This document shows, one piece after another, positions 8,380 through 17,495 of a DNA stretch of 35,286 bases. Each line of letters opens with the position of its first letter. The stretch's first letter is position 1. Both the position numbers and the translations under genes were made by a program. Below the pieces are notes generated by a model. It was given only the letters and a program-made list of their open reading frames with translations. It ran no database searches and was not told the origin of the DNA. The DNA is from Thermofilaceae archaeon (GTDB lineage Archaea; Thermoproteota; Thermoprotei; Thermofilales; Thermofilaceae), in the NCBI GenBank assembly GCA_038727095.1, contig JAVYWK010000020.1, forward strand, positions 1 through 35,286, read 5' to 3'.

Positions 8380-9140
8380 CACCACTCTTTCTCGCCGACG
8401 TTCAGCTTCTCGAGAGCCGATTTATCGTAGGTATAGCCGCTGCTGATACCGGGTTCTAAGCTCTCGATAGTGTTAGCTGGATCGAGAAAGATGGCTTCAT
8501 CCTTTAGGTCGGTGGAGTGCTTATCTCTTGTAATGATTCTAGCGTTGGTTTTCGGGTTGCTGCGAGGATGATTGATACCGCTACCCCCGGTTTCCCACTT
8601 TCTCTTTCCTCTCATATCTCGCCTGAAAGTTCAGCAGTACCACGCGTCGGGTTCGCGATCACCGTAAAGGCTGCGCGAATTCCAGCTTTACCCCTCCCGC
8701 CTTCAATCGTTTCCACTCCCCTCTCAACCTCCTTAAGCAGCCTCCATCTCAGCAACGACCGCTGCCGGAGTGGCTGAGTATCCCCCTTAATGTAACGCCC
8801 CGCCTTCCCTCCCATTTCTGAGCCCCAAAGTACTCTATCCACGCATAAAAGTCGATTAAGTAACCAGCTCGTGGAACCTAGCCTCACCCTCCTCGCTGAA
8901 GGGGAGGGATTCCGGTTCGAACTGAACATAGAGAACGTATCCCCACTTTCTCGATAGTAAAACCAACTCCATAACTCTCAGCCACTATCGCCGGCGCTAG
9001 TAGCCCGGTTCAGTTACAAAAGTTATCCTATCGAGCCCCAAAAAACTGTCTCTCAACGACCAAAGTTACCAGTAATTTTAGAAAACATAAAGTACGTTTC
9101 CATTAAAAGATGCTCCAGCTCATCTCTGATCATATACTTT
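8380..9140 (-). pseudogene. Decayed coding sequence of unknown family
   Basis: Short protein-like minus-strand segments (e.g. LLKEVERGVETIEGGRGK, STDLKDEAIFLDP) interrupted by stops and frameshifts. Confidence 0.3.
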
Positions 9141-9599
9141 AAACTGGAAAGTTAGTATCAGTCTAACCAGTATGATGGCAGAGTAAGCACTACGACTCCA
9201 GCTGGTGAAGTTTCGATCATCGACTCCAGTCGGAATGGACGAACACAACCGCTGCCCGAGTCATCAGCCCTCTTACCGTAGCGCACAGCTACCCTAACTA
9301 GCAGTTTATTCTATCGAGTGCAGCGTCGGCCGTGGTAGGCTGCGTGCAACCCCCAGGCTTCGTAACAGCTTTGAGTAAAACCGATCCAGATGCATCAACC
9401 CATAAACCCGCCGCTTCACTAGGTTAACTCCCCCGCTTGCCGCCTCCAGGCTTCCCTTGGAAGAAAGCACGCAGCTTACAGTATGAGCTTGAAGCAAGGA
9501 GGTTATCCCCAAGCAAAAGCTGGAAGACAAGCACCAGATACTCCCATATAAGAGGCCTTTCTCCCCAGCTTACCCTAATACCTAAACGGCTAAAATTTG

Positions 9600-10139
9600 C
9601 TAATCGAGTTTCGCTCCGCACTTCCAGCAGTACTTCGCCCCCGGTTTTCGTGGTGCTCCACAGCTTGGGCATGATGCAGCTGCACTCTTCACTTTCATAC
9701 TCTCAGCCACTTCAACCCAGACTATCTTCCTCTCCTCCTTCCCGTTACTCCTTGCCACGATTGCAACCGGTACCTGACCGGATTTTCTCGGCTTCACCGG
9801 TACATCCACCACACCCTGAACTTCGCCGGGATTCAACCAGTCTACATCTCCCTCAACCGCTAGTGTAGATGGACGGTTCAACTTCATGCGCAAAACACCC
9901 CACTCACCCTCAACCAAACCAACACCTTCAACAGAAGCAATCAAGTTGGGAGCTTCCCCAAAACCCTCCTCTTCAGCTAAATCAACGGGAGCCCCACTGC
10001 TCCCAGGCCCCACTGGTGGTACGAGAGTCCTAGCCAGCCTCCTACGCCTCCAGACAGTGTATTCATGGGCAATGATGTACAATATTATAGCCAGCTGAGC
10101 TCCGAGCAGCAGCAGACCGATGAGCTCGAGCTCGCTCAT
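9600..10139 (-). CDS. Membrane-anchored zinc-ribbon protein
   Basis: N-terminal TM helix followed by RRRR, a beta-rich middle domain, and C-terminal CPSCG...KYCWKCG. AT-rich TATA region at ~10165-10195. Confidence 0.8.
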   Translation of the reverse strand: MSELELIGLLLLGAQLAIILYIIAHEYTVWRRRRLARTLVPPVGPGSSGAPVDLAEEEGFGEAPNLIASVEGVGLVEGEWGVLRMKLNRPSTLAVEGDVDWLNPGEVQGVVDVPVKPRKSGQVPVAIVARSNGKEERKIVWVEVAESMKVKSAAASCPSCGAPRKPGAKYCWKCGAKLD

Positions 10140-10457
10140 CGAGTTTCCTACTCTTTCTCTTAAGGGAATTTATAAGTATTACTATATTTATTACTTAGCT
10201 GTTACAGGACAGGGGTTGGTTGTCCTAGGCTTAAGGTTATCCAATATTGAATGGGGGCTTTTTCTTAGAAATTGGCTGTACGCTGTGCGTTGCTCCTTTT
10301 TGGCTCAGAAGAGTCCTCTTCACTTTATTATGCGTCGGCCGCGCACGTGCTTAAGGCGATGGGACGCGCTAGCGCTAGGGTAGCTGCGAAGTGATGCGTG
10401 TTCTGCAGGGACGTGAGCGTTATCGCTTACCGAGATGAGCATCGTGCGCCAACCTGC

Positions 10458-10510
10458 GCCCAAGCTGTGGAGCACCACGAGAACCAGGAGCGCTGCTGGG
10501 AGTGCGGAGC
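10458..10510 (+). repeat. Degenerate inverted copy of the zinc-ribbon coding segment at 9613-9670
   Basis: 10458-10480 is the exact reverse complement of 9648-9670 (23 nt). 10493-10510 matches 9613-9630 at 17/18 positions, with a 5-nt deletion between the two blocks. Confidence 0.85.
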
Positions 10511-10788
10511 TCGTTTGGTAGACTGGTAGGCAGCTGCTAGCGAGAGGAGCTGCTAACTTTTTTTTAAATTCATATGAGATTCTCTTTCATATTTCTCGAT
10601 GGTAAGTCGAGGAGGATAATCTTCGGTTATCGATCATAAGGCTTACGAGTAGGATTTCTCGCACTGCCGAAAGCGTAACTCCCCTTTCACGAGACATTGT
10701 ATGAATTGTAGCCAAGTAGGTCAAGCCTAGTTTTCTGTGAAAATAAGCACGCGAACCCCCCTTCTACAGGTATCGCTCTACCTGTGGG

Positions 10789-11320
10789 AAGCCCTTGGAC
10801 GAGGGGACCGCCGAATATCGAGTTTTTGAAGAGCGCGTCAAGCCTTACGTTGGCAGATCTGTGAGAGGGTTGAAGCTAAGCCCTCAAGGATCTTTACCTC
10901 TCCAGCGCGTAATCAGGATTCACGATGAGTATGAGTGCTAATCGTATCTGGCGGTTTTTCGGCACGACCCTGCTAGATGTAGACGGAAGATAGGTGAGCT
11001 ACGCGTTGAAGATTTCGGCCGAAGATTTTCATGAGTTAACGTCTGAGGTCGACCCTCGTTTTACCCTCAGCTTGCTGAAGATCAGCGCAGAAAGTTTGTA
11101 GAGAGTGGGAAGTGCTTGAGAGGGTTATGCAGCTTAATCACACCTGCATCGTCGGGTTTGACCGAGCGTTGGAGGCTACCGTGTATCGGCCTCCAGCGCT
11201 CGTTTTCGATTACTGTGAGGGGGTTCGCTGAGGGATCTCCAACAGCGTGGGCTACTGAGGCTCAGAGGAGCTACTGAAGTCGTGGTTCAAATCGCCGGAG
11301 CCTCCCTTGATGCTGCTAAG
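10789..11320 (+). pseudogene. Hanks-type Ser/Thr protein kinase pseudogene (N-lobe only)
   Basis: Colinear across frameshifts and stops: SGGF (10947), YALKI (11000), QRRKFVE/EWEVLERVMQLNHTCIV (to 11153), PPALVFDYCEG|GSLRDL (11190-11240), EVVVQIAGA. No HRD or DFG motifs remain. Confidence 0.75.
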
Positions 11321-11450
11321 TTAAGTGTTGCTGTTGTATGGAAGTTAAGAGTTTATTTTTGCGTTGGAACTTTTAAAATGCCTGAAAAATACATGTGCTC
11401 AAGTGGTAGCGCAGGTTCAAGTTGCGAAGGTTTAAAGCTGGGAGGGCTAT

Positions 11451-11693
11451 TTGCATGTGGCTTTGAGGAGGTTTGTGGCTAGGCGAGCGGTTAGCGAGCT
11501 TTTGACTGGTGCACACAGGGATGCCGCTCGGTTCCTTATCGAGCTCGGCTTGGTAGCGGATGAGGTGGAGCTGCTTGAGCAGGCGTTAAGGGAGTTCATT
11601 GAGGGCGAGCTGAGGTACGTGGTGAGCGAGTGGCCTGAAGAAGCTGTGAGGAGGAAGGCTGGGGCACTGCTGGATAGGATTGCATGGTTGTAA
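11451..11693 (+). CDS. Small alpha-helical hypothetical protein
   Basis: Host-like codon usage; TTTAAA ~20-25 nt upstream; true start may be GTG 11457. Confidence 0.6.
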   Translation: MHVALRRFVARRAVSELLTGAHRDAARFLIELGLVADEVELLEQALREFIEGELRYVVSEWPEEAVRRKAGALLDRIAWL

Positions 11694-11696
11694 AGC

Positions 11697-11710
11697 ATAA
11701 AGTTTAAACC
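11697..11710 (+). promoter_or_regulatory. BRE/TATA promoter of the tRNA gene
   Basis: ATAAAG-TTTAAA ~25 nt upstream of the tRNA 5' end. Confidence 0.65.
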
Positions 11711-11732
11711 AACTCGATCTGAGAGTAGGAGG

Positions 11733-11809
11733 GGGCCCGTAGCTCAGCCAGGTAGAGCACCCGGCTCATAACCGGGGGGTCCCGGGTTCGAATCCCGGCG
11801 GGCCCACCA
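11733..11809 (+). tRNA. tRNA with CAU anticodon, probably tRNA-Ile2 (alternatively elongator Met); intronless, CCA encoded
   Basis: Acceptor stem GGGCCCG/CGGGCCC, D arm AGCTCAGCCAGGTAGAGC, anticodon arm CCGG-CTCATAA-CCGG, T arm CCGGGTTCGAATCCCGG, 3' ACCA. Confidence 0.95.
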
Positions 11810-11898
11810 CATACATTGAGAAAGGGTCCGAGAATTTTTGGGAAGCATCAGTGCTCTAGGGGTTGTAAAACCTGTGAGGTGCTGGGCTTAGCCGGCTT

Positions 11899-12861
11899 CT
11901 AGGAGGGAGATGCTTTCACTAGTGCTATGCCTAAGGATTCAAGCCACTTTTCGATTTTAAAGCCGGAGCCTGTAAGAATTCTCCGTAGCTCGCCGCTCTC
12001 TGGGGGAGCTTGTACAGCGCCCAGCAGGTATCCTGGCACGCTCATTATTAATCCTACGGACGAGTAAGTGGTTTGAGCCATAGCTAGGATTCCATTATCC
12101 TTCAGCATCCTTCTAGCGTTTGCGATAGCTAGGCGGGGGCTCGGGATCCAGTGGACAAGTTGTCCCATGAAGATAGCGTCAACCTTCTCCGGTAGTTCAG
12201 CTTCCTCTGGCGTTGAATGAACAAAGGAGACTCTGCTCTCTTGCCCATGCAACTCTACAAGCCTTCGGGTAATCTCGATGTTCTCCTGGTAAGGCTCGAT
12301 AACCACGATGCTAGCCTTCGTTCGCTCGAGTAGGGTTAAAGTTGAGGTTCCGACCCTCGGGTGGATGTCGGCTATAGTCGAACCCGGCTTGAGCGAGCCA
12401 AGCCCCGCTTCATCTATAGCTGCTTCAAACTCCAGCTTTACCGCGAAGTTATCCAAGAGCTTTGCTGTCAATGCTTGAGTTTTATCCCGGCTTGGCTTTT
12501 CACCTAACAGTAGGGCCCTCGGCAAGGCTTCCGCGGCACGGTCGATGACGGGCAACATGTCCGCCGCCTCGATCGTGGTGACCGCCGGCTTCTCCGGCGA
12601 CCGCTTCAACTTGATCCTATCCCCCTCCCACGCGGCCAGCCCCTCCTCGACGAGCGCATCGCACAGCAGCTTAGCTAGTACTTGATCCTTAAAGCTCCAC
12701 CATGCCTGCGTCTGTAGGCTCTGAAGGATACCCTCCATCTCCAGCTGCGTGTAGATTCTCCAGACCGCGTACTCTCTTATCTCGTCGCCGGCCTTCTTGA
12801 TCCTTAGGGCTTCCCTAGGGTTCGACAGGAATTTCCTCAGTATGTAGGAGCTTAGTGACAT
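11899..12861 (-). CDS. Class I SAM-dependent methyltransferase-like protein with N-terminal helical/wHTH-like domain
   Basis: LKPGSTIADIHPRVG (deviant motif I), VVIEPYQENI, VDAIFMGQLVHWI and LKDNGIL. Confidence 0.7.
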   Translation of the reverse strand: MSLSSYILRKFLSNPREALRIKKAGDEIREYAVWRIYTQLEMEGILQSLQTQAWWSFKDQVLAKLLCDALVEEGLAAWEGDRIKLKRSPEKPAVTTIEAADMLPVIDRAAEALPRALLLGEKPSRDKTQALTAKLLDNFAVKLEFEAAIDEAGLGSLKPGSTIADIHPRVGTSTLTLLERTKASIVVIEPYQENIEITRRLVELHGQESRVSFVHSTPEEAELPEKVDAIFMGQLVHWIPSPRLAIANARRMLKDNGILAMAQTTYSSVGLIMSVPGYLLGAVQAPPESGELRRILTGSGFKIEKWLESLGIALVKASPS

Positions 12862-13025
12862 GCCTCACCCAGCGATGAAGATCCTATATAAAAGCTAGAG
12901 TACCACTCAGCCATCGGGCTTGAGCCGAACCTCAAGACCTAAAGAACCTTTTTGTTCTGCACCGTAACAGCAGAGCCCCTGTGGTACGCCGTAAGCTCTT
13001 TAGGATCCGCTCTGCATGAGTTGGA

Positions 13026-13463
13026 GTGGCTTACGCGGCGATGAGGGCTAAATCGGGCTTGAGGGAGTGCGTAGCCTTGCATGAGCCTGTGGATGGGTGG
13101 GTTTGGGTCCGCTGCCCCGATGTGGGCGCGCTACTTCGGGATTGCGCGCGGATCATCAGTAGAGGCGGGGATCCAAGCCCACTTGTAACTGCTGGAGGCC
13201 AGTTGGTGGACGTGCTCGAGCTGGACAGGGTGGATCTAAGCGGGATCCTGAGAGGGGAGGCGGAGATCGTGCACCCGAAGAACCCCCCTCTAGCCGCCCT
13301 CAGGGAGCTGGTGGAGCTGGGAGCCCCCCGCGTCCTGTATAGGGAGGGGAGATTGACGGCCGACTTAACGGGCTTGCACGTTGAGATGTTAGTGAGCAAG
13401 GGGTTGATTCCAGCGGTTTGGAGGAGGCTTCTACGGCCGGCAGCCTCAACGCCGGGCCGCTAG
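13026..13463 (+). CDS. Hypothetical protein
   Basis: 145-aa ORF with host-like codon usage; TTTA ~25 nt upstream. Confidence 0.6.
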   Translation: MAYAAMRAKSGLRECVALHEPVDGWVWVRCPDVGALLRDCARIISRGGDPSPLVTAGGQLVDVLELDRVDLSGILRGEAEIVHPKNPPLAALRELVELGAPRVLYREGRLTADLTGLHVEMLVSKGLIPAVWRRLLRPAASTPGR

Positions 13464-13610
13464 GTTGGCGTAGCCTCGACCGGCAGCTCGGCGGGGACAG
13501 GCAACTCTTTAAGGCGTTTCACGCTTGTTTACGCGTGGTTAGGAGAGCTTTCGTGGGTTTGATCCGCGACCACAGGACGAGGGTGGGTAGGATCAGGGCG
13601 GTGGTCAAGC

Positions 13611-14039
13611 GTGGTCGTGAGAGTGAGGGTGAGGATCGAGAGCGCCTCGAAAGTGGTTGAAACGGTGGCGCTGGCTAACAGCGGCTACGAGGCTGAGACG
13701 CCGCAGATCATGATCCCTGTGCAGCTCGCCGGGGTGCTGGGGCTCTGGCCGCCGAAGGAGGGCTTCGAAGAGACCGAGTACGAGACAGCCGGAGGGCCTC
13801 TTAGGGTTTGGGTTGCGCCCAGGGCTTGCAGGGTGCGCGTAGTCGCCGAGGGGGTGGAACCTCCCCAGGTTGTAGCCGACGTTGTCATCTCCCCTCTCGC
13901 CAGCGAGGTGCTCCTCAGCGACGTGATGATCAGCGAGCTCGGCATCGCCCTGGAGGACGTGGGGAGGGGGTTGTGGAGGTTCAGGTGGGAGCCTAAGGAG
14001 GTTCTGAGGAGGAGCGAGCCGCCGAAGTACTGGAGGTAG
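13611..14039 (+). CDS. Retropepsin-fold protein with NSGY in place of catalytic DTGF/DSGY
   Basis: VETVALANSGYEA, YETAGG flap-like motif, EVLLSD; GGTGGT RBS upstream. Confidence 0.7.
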   Translation: MVVRVRVRIESASKVVETVALANSGYEAETPQIMIPVQLAGVLGLWPPKEGFEETEYETAGGPLRVWVAPRACRVRVVAEGVEPPQVVADVVISPLASEVLLSDVMISELGIALEDVGRGLWRFRWEPKEVLRRSEPPKYWR

Positions 14040-14104
14040 CAACGCGCTCCGCCGCTGCTCCGGTAGGAACGTTTATAGCTTCATTGCGTCATATGTGCGT
14101 CGAG

Positions 14105-14821
14105 ATGAGCAAGAGGTTGATCCTCGACTTCTGCCGGCTGATAGAGGACGATCCGGAGGTGAGGCTAGCGGTCTCCAGCGCCCTCGGTATACAGGAGGTG
14201 AGGAGCGGGCTCGAGGAGTTGCGCGCTCAGCTCGCAGAAGTTGCAGGGGAGATCAGGGTGCTCCACGACACGGTCAGAAAACGGTTTGAGGACGTTGAAA
14301 CCCTGCGATCCTTAGTCGCTGTCACGGATGCTCTGAGGGACCGCTTGGCGGAGCTGGCGGGGGAGGTTCGTAGGCTAGAGGCATCAGTTCAGAAGCTTTC
14401 GCAGGAGCTACCCGCAGTCGAAGCCGGAGCAGTCGGTCAGCTTGAAGTAGCGGTGCGTACACTCGCTGAAGGGGTTTTCGGTGCAAGGGTGGAGGAGTGG
14501 GAGTACTTCGACAGTGAGGGCTCCGTCTTCGGGAGGCCGTGCCAGATTCGATCCCTCTCGCTCTCGGTGGGGGGCGAGAAGATACTCCTCGCAGCTAGGG
14601 TCTGCGCGTCGAAGGGGGACGTCTACGAGCTGTGGGCAACAGGGCGGCTCTACGAGAGGGTGACAGGGTGCCGGCCGCGACTCATGCTCATCGCATCTCA
14701 CGCCTGCGAGGATGCTAGGCGGTTGGCGAGGGAGCTAAACGTAGAGTTGCGTGAGATCATGAGCGCTTCGCAATCAAGTGCAACTACTTCGGGCGCTGGA
14801 TGCGTACAGCCTAAGGGGTGA
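14105..14821 (+). CDS. Coiled-coil + degenerate PD-(D/E)xK domain protein (DUF3782/PaREP-like)
   Basis: Heptad-repeat N-terminal half, then WEYFDSEGSVFGRP...SKGDVYELWATGRLYERVTG, typical of this crenarchaeal family. Confidence 0.7.
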   Translation: MSKRLILDFCRLIEDDPEVRLAVSSALGIQEVRSGLEELRAQLAEVAGEIRVLHDTVRKRFEDVETLRSLVAVTDALRDRLAELAGEVRRLEASVQKLSQELPAVEAGAVGQLEVAVRTLAEGVFGARVEEWEYFDSEGSVFGRPCQIRSLSLSVGGEKILLAARVCASKGDVYELWATGRLYERVTGCRPRLMLIASHACEDARRLARELNVELREIMSASQSSATTSGAGCVQPKG

Positions 14822-16136
14822 CCCCAGCTTGGGGGAGAGCTACTCGGGTGGCAGCGCGCAGGAGGCGATCAAAGCCGCGAAGACGATTGAAGCAGCGTTC
14901 AGGAGTAACGCGCCTTTAGCGCGTAAACTGGTTGAGAAGATAAGGGGTTTAGCGATCGAGGCTGAGAGAAGGCTTGGAGACGCTTCAAGGTTCAAGATAA
15001 TGGACTTCTGCGGTACTCACGAGTGGACGATCACGCACTTCGGGATCAGGAGCTTGATGCCGGAACAGATCGAGCTCGTCGCGGGCCCCGGTTGCCCAGT
15101 CTGCGTGACACCCTCGCTCTTCATCGAGGAGGCGATCAGGCTGGCGCTCGACGGCATCCACGTCTACACCTACGGGGACGTGTATAGGCTAATGTCCATC
15201 AGGAGCGTGAGAGGTGCTTCCTCGCTCAGCGAGGCAAGGGCTCTCGGTGGCAGGGTGAAGGTGGTGCACAGCCTGCTCGACGCGGCTCTCGACGCGCGCA
15301 GCCACGGCCGGGACTCGGTTTTCGTTGGGATCGGCTTTGAAACCGTCGCTCCCGGCTACGCTCACGCTGTGATCAGAGGCCTGCTCCCATCCAACCTCAA
15401 GCTGATGAGCCTCGTCAAGTTGACGCCGCCCGCGATGTTCCACTCGATAGAGATCCTGCGGGAGAAGCCGACAGAGCCACCGATCGTGGGGGTCATCGCC
15501 CCAGGCCACGTCTCAACAATCACGGGGGCAAAGGCTTGGGTTCCCGTCGCTGAGAACTACGGCATACCCGTCGTTGTCTCCGGCTTCGAACCGCTGGACG
15601 TTCTAGCGTCGATCGCAGAGATCCTCAAGCAGCTCTCGAGGGGTGAGGCGAGAGTGGCGATCGAGTACGCGAGAGCTGTCACGTGGCACGGGGATCTTAG
15701 GGCGCAGAGCATCGTGGGGAGAGCTTTTGAAACGGTTGACGACGCATGGAGGGGGATCGGCTTCCTACCGAAGAGCGGGTTAAGGCTGAGGAGCGCATTC
15801 TCGAAGTACGACGCCTTCGAAACCTACGGCGTGAGGGAAGTGACGCCGGAGAATTGGTCCTACGACCTGCCGCCCGGCTGCAGGTGTGCGGAGGTTGTGA
15901 TCGGGAAGGCTAAGCCCACCGACTGCCCCCTCTTCATGAAGAGGTGCACGCCCTCGAAACCCTACGGCCCCTGCATGGTTTCGCTGGAGGGCGCTTGTGC
16001 GATCTGGGCGAGGTTCGGCTCGGGAGGCCTCGCGGACGAGATCGCTAGAGAGCTCGGCATAAGCCCATCCGCGCAGCCCGGTTCAACAAGCGGAGTGGTA
16101 GATTTTATGGGCGAGCAAGCCCCCCCGGGTGGTTGA
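14778..16136 (+). CDS. hypD: [NiFe]-hydrogenase maturation protein HypD
   Basis: CGTHE, GPGCPVC, GFETVAP, PGHVS and C-terminal Cys cluster CRC...CPLF..CTP..PYGPCMVS.EGAC. Confidence 0.97.
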   Translation: MQLLRALDAYSLRGDPSLGESYSGGSAQEAIKAAKTIEAAFRSNAPLARKLVEKIRGLAIEAERRLGDASRFKIMDFCGTHEWTITHFGIRSLMPEQIELVAGPGCPVCVTPSLFIEEAIRLALDGIHVYTYGDVYRLMSIRSVRGASSLSEARALGGRVKVVHSLLDAALDARSHGRDSVFVGIGFETVAPGYAHAVIRGLLPSNLKLMSLVKLTPPAMFHSIEILREKPTEPPIVGVIAPGHVSTITGAKAWVPVAENYGIPVVVSGFEPLDVLASIAEILKQLSRGEARVAIEYARAVTWHGDLRAQSIVGRAFETVDDAWRGIGFLPKSGLRLRSAFSKYDAFETYGVREVTPENWSYDLPPGCRCAEVVIGKAKPTDCPLFMKRCTPSKPYGPCMVSLEGACAIWARFGSGGLADEIARELGISPSAQPGSTSGVVDFMGEQAPPGG

Positions 16137-16137
16137 A

Positions 16138-16440
16138 ATGTGCTGGGGCACGATGGCTGTGGTACTGGAGGTTTCCGAGGACGGCGGGGTGGCTACGGTG
16201 GATTACGGTGACGGTGTTGCTAGGAGAGCCCTAGTCGGCATTACGAGAGAGAGGCTCGCGAGGAGCGACATAGTGATGGTGCACGCGGGCGTCGTGATCT
16301 CGAAGATGAGCGAAGAGGGGCTGCTCGAGCAGCTCGAGTTCTTCAGAGATGTGCTGGGCGAAGAGGGGCGCGAGCTAGTAGCAACATACGAGGCCGTGCT
16401 AGCCCTCTCTCGCTCCCTCAGGGGTGGTGGAAGTGGGTAG
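16138..16440 (+). CDS. hypC: Hydrogenase assembly chaperone HypC
   Basis: N-terminal MC (ATG 16138), ATVDYGDGV and IVMVHAGVVI. Confidence 0.92.
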   Translation: MCWGTMAVVLEVSEDGGVATVDYGDGVARRALVGITRERLARSDIVMVHAGVVISKMSEEGLLEQLEFFRDVLGEEGRELVATYEAVLALSRSLRGGGSG

Positions 16441-17485
16441 CGGCTTCGTGACCCTGGCCCACGGCTCCGGGGGTGTGGAGAGCTTCAAGCTGCTGGAGGA
16501 GCTGCTCTTCTCGAGGGTGGAGGATCGCTTCAAGCGGGTTGAGGGGGGAGTGGGGATCGACAAGCTGGACGATGGAGCCGCGATCCCCCTACCTGACGGC
16601 CGCTACCTAGTGGTTTCGATCGACGCGTACACCGTCAACCCACCCTTCTTCCCGGGGGGTAACATCGGGGTTCTCGCTGCAGCGGGAACGATCAACGACG
16701 TGCTCATGATGGGGGCTAAACCGCTCGCGATGCTCGACTCGATCGTCGTCGAGGAGGGCTTCCCCCTGAGGGACCTCGAAGCGATCATCGAGTCCCTCGT
16801 CGAGACCCTGAGGCGAGAGGGGGTGGCGCTGGTGGGGGGCGACTTCAAGGTGATGCCGAAGGGGCAGGTGGGTGGCATCGTCGTCACGACGGCCGGCATC
16901 GGAGTGGCGGAGAGGCTGATCGTTGACGAACCGAAGCCGGGGGATAAGCTCGTGGTTAGCGGCTGCGTCGGCGACCACGGGGCCGTCATCGCCCTCCTCC
17001 AGTCCGGCTTGTGGGGTTCGGTGAAGGAGCTCTCCGAGGGGCTTCTGAGGAGCGACGTGAAACCGCTCACCAGGCTGATGCTCCCCCTCCTCGAAAAGTA
17101 CGGCTGGGCGATCACAGCCGCCCGCGACCCGACAAGAGGGGGTCTCGCTGGCGTACTGAACGAGTGGGCGTCGCGTAGCGGCACAGTCATCGTCGTTGAG
17201 GAGAGTAGCATACCCGTGCGTGAGCCGGTGAAAAGGTACGCTGAGATGCTCGGCATTGACCCGCTCTACCTGGCCAGCGAGGGCACGGCAGTTCTAGCGG
17301 TAAAGCCCGAAGCCGCGGAGGAGGTTGTCGAGTACATGAGGGGTCTGGGCTTCGAGGATGCGCGGGTGTTTGGAGAGGTAAGGTACAGCGAGAAGTACAG
17401 GGGCTTCGTGCTGGCAAGGACGAGTGTCGGGGGCCACAGGATCATTGAGCCTCCATCCGGGGAGCTCATCCCCCGGATCTGCTGA
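16424..17485 (+). CDS. hypE: Carbamoyl dehydratase HypE
   Basis: TLAHGSGG, DDGA, FFPGGNIG, GGDFKV, RDPTRGG and C-terminal PRIC. Confidence 0.97.
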   Translation: MVEVGSGFVTLAHGSGGVESFKLLEELLFSRVEDRFKRVEGGVGIDKLDDGAAIPLPDGRYLVVSIDAYTVNPPFFPGGNIGVLAAAGTINDVLMMGAKPLAMLDSIVVEEGFPLRDLEAIIESLVETLRREGVALVGGDFKVMPKGQVGGIVVTTAGIGVAERLIVDEPKPGDKLVVSGCVGDHGAVIALLQSGLWGSVKELSEGLLRSDVKPLTRLMLPLLEKYGWAITAARDPTRGGLAGVLNEWASRSGTVIVVEESSIPVREPVKRYAEMLGIDPLYLASEGTAVLAVKPEAAEEVVEYMRGLGFEDARVFGEVRYSEKYRGFVLARTSVGGHRIIEPPSGELIPRIC

Positions 17486-17495
17486 GGATGGGAGC

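Noticed and set aside
8612-8760. MCM-like fragment (GKAGIRAAFTVIANP) on the minus strand
   Set aside because: Resembles MCM KAGI...AANP only loosely, the spacing is wrong and no Walker motifs are nearby.
9613-10510. DGR template/variable repeat pair or shufflon
   Set aside because: Mismatches are not confined to adenines of one copy, indels are present, and no reverse transcriptase or recombinase is in the window.
11282-11482. 66-aa ORF as an independent gene
   Set aside because: Its start (VQIAGA) is the tail of the kinase pseudogene reading on into intergenic DNA.
11733-11809. tRNA as attachment site of an integrated element
   Set aside because: No duplicated tRNA half and no integrase seen; the accessory region lies on the 5' side of the tRNA.
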